In this document: positions 38,617 to 38,664 of the stretch, one piece after another | Position numbering within the stretch: the stretch's first letter is position 1 | How the letters are laid out: each line of letters opens with the position of its first letter | Source of the DNA: Candidatus Falkowbacteria bacterium | GTDB lineage: Bacteria; Patescibacteriota; Patescibacteriia; Patescibacteriales; Patescibacteriaceae | Assembly (NCBI GenBank): GCA_037130845.1 | Contig: JBAXSE010000013.1 | Span: forward strand, 1-38,664 | Direction: 5' to 3' | DNA: 38,664 bases | Notes under the pieces: model-generated | Seen by the model: the letters and a program-made list of their open reading frames with translations, nothing else | Told to the model about the DNA's origin: nothing | Databases searched by the model: none | Position numbers and translations under genes: made by a program

Positions 38617-38664
38617 TTAAAGGAAAAACCGCCGGCTTTAGCCGGCGTGTGCGTTTGATGGCGT

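Noticed and set aside
1-38664. Search for CRISPR arrays, transposases/integrases, prophage or defence-island hallmarks
   Set aside because: No direct-repeat/spacer array is present; the only regular tandem repeats are in-frame coding repeats. No DDE, serine or tyrosine recombinase motifs, no phage structural genes, and no recognisable restriction, toxin-antitoxin or abortive-infection architectures were seen.

Overview
Moderately AT-rich bacterial chromosomal window with 33 supported protein genes (30 on +, 3 on -) and one tRNA. Most transcription units are separated by readable sigma70-type promoters (TTGACA-N17-TATAAT-like) and hairpin/T-run terminators. I found no rRNA, CRISPR array, transposase, integrase or phage structural genes. 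All calls come from reading the translations and the DNA by eye, with no database search. Recognisable housekeeping and accessory genes: PAS/GAF hybrid histidine kinase, malic enzyme, prepilin-LamG protein, DUF1294, HisRS, a HAL-like MIO enzyme, GNAT, tRNA-His, AstE/AspA-family deacylase, two cell-wall hydrolase-like proteins, a PflX-like radical SAM enzyme, Nudix, DEAD-box helicase, ABC-F ATPase, an HD protein, and a repeat-expanded SPFH/flotillin protein. There is also a NAD salvage cluster (pncA, pncB, Nudix-like, nadK, nadE, Udk-like kinase). The gene content (pilin-LamG fusion, many small orphan genes, small GC-rich palindromic intergenic elements) resembles an uncultivated small-genome lineage such as CPR/Patescibacteria, but that is inference only. 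The most unusual object is a stand-alone 878-aa gene (24070-26706). It reads as a fusion of the C-terminal third of RNA polymerase beta to the N-terminal third of beta-prime. The Zn-ribbon and clamp helices are conserved, but the catalytic NADFDGD triad and the beta active-site lysines are replaced, so it looks like a catalytically dead mini-RNAP paralog. Second is a histidine-themed neighbourhood: a hisS/HAL-like operon, then a GNAT co-transcribed with a tRNA-His(GUG) that has A73 and no encoded G-1, then an AstE/AspA deacylase. Further items: a poly-zinc-ribbon protein built from three 249-bp tandem repeats, an SPFH protein with 4-6 tandem N-terminal modules, a NAD cluster lacking nadD, a 756-bp intergenic region with an inverted-repeat element and a repeated motif ahead of a LysM-NlpC/P60 gene, and several palindromes or operator-like sites.
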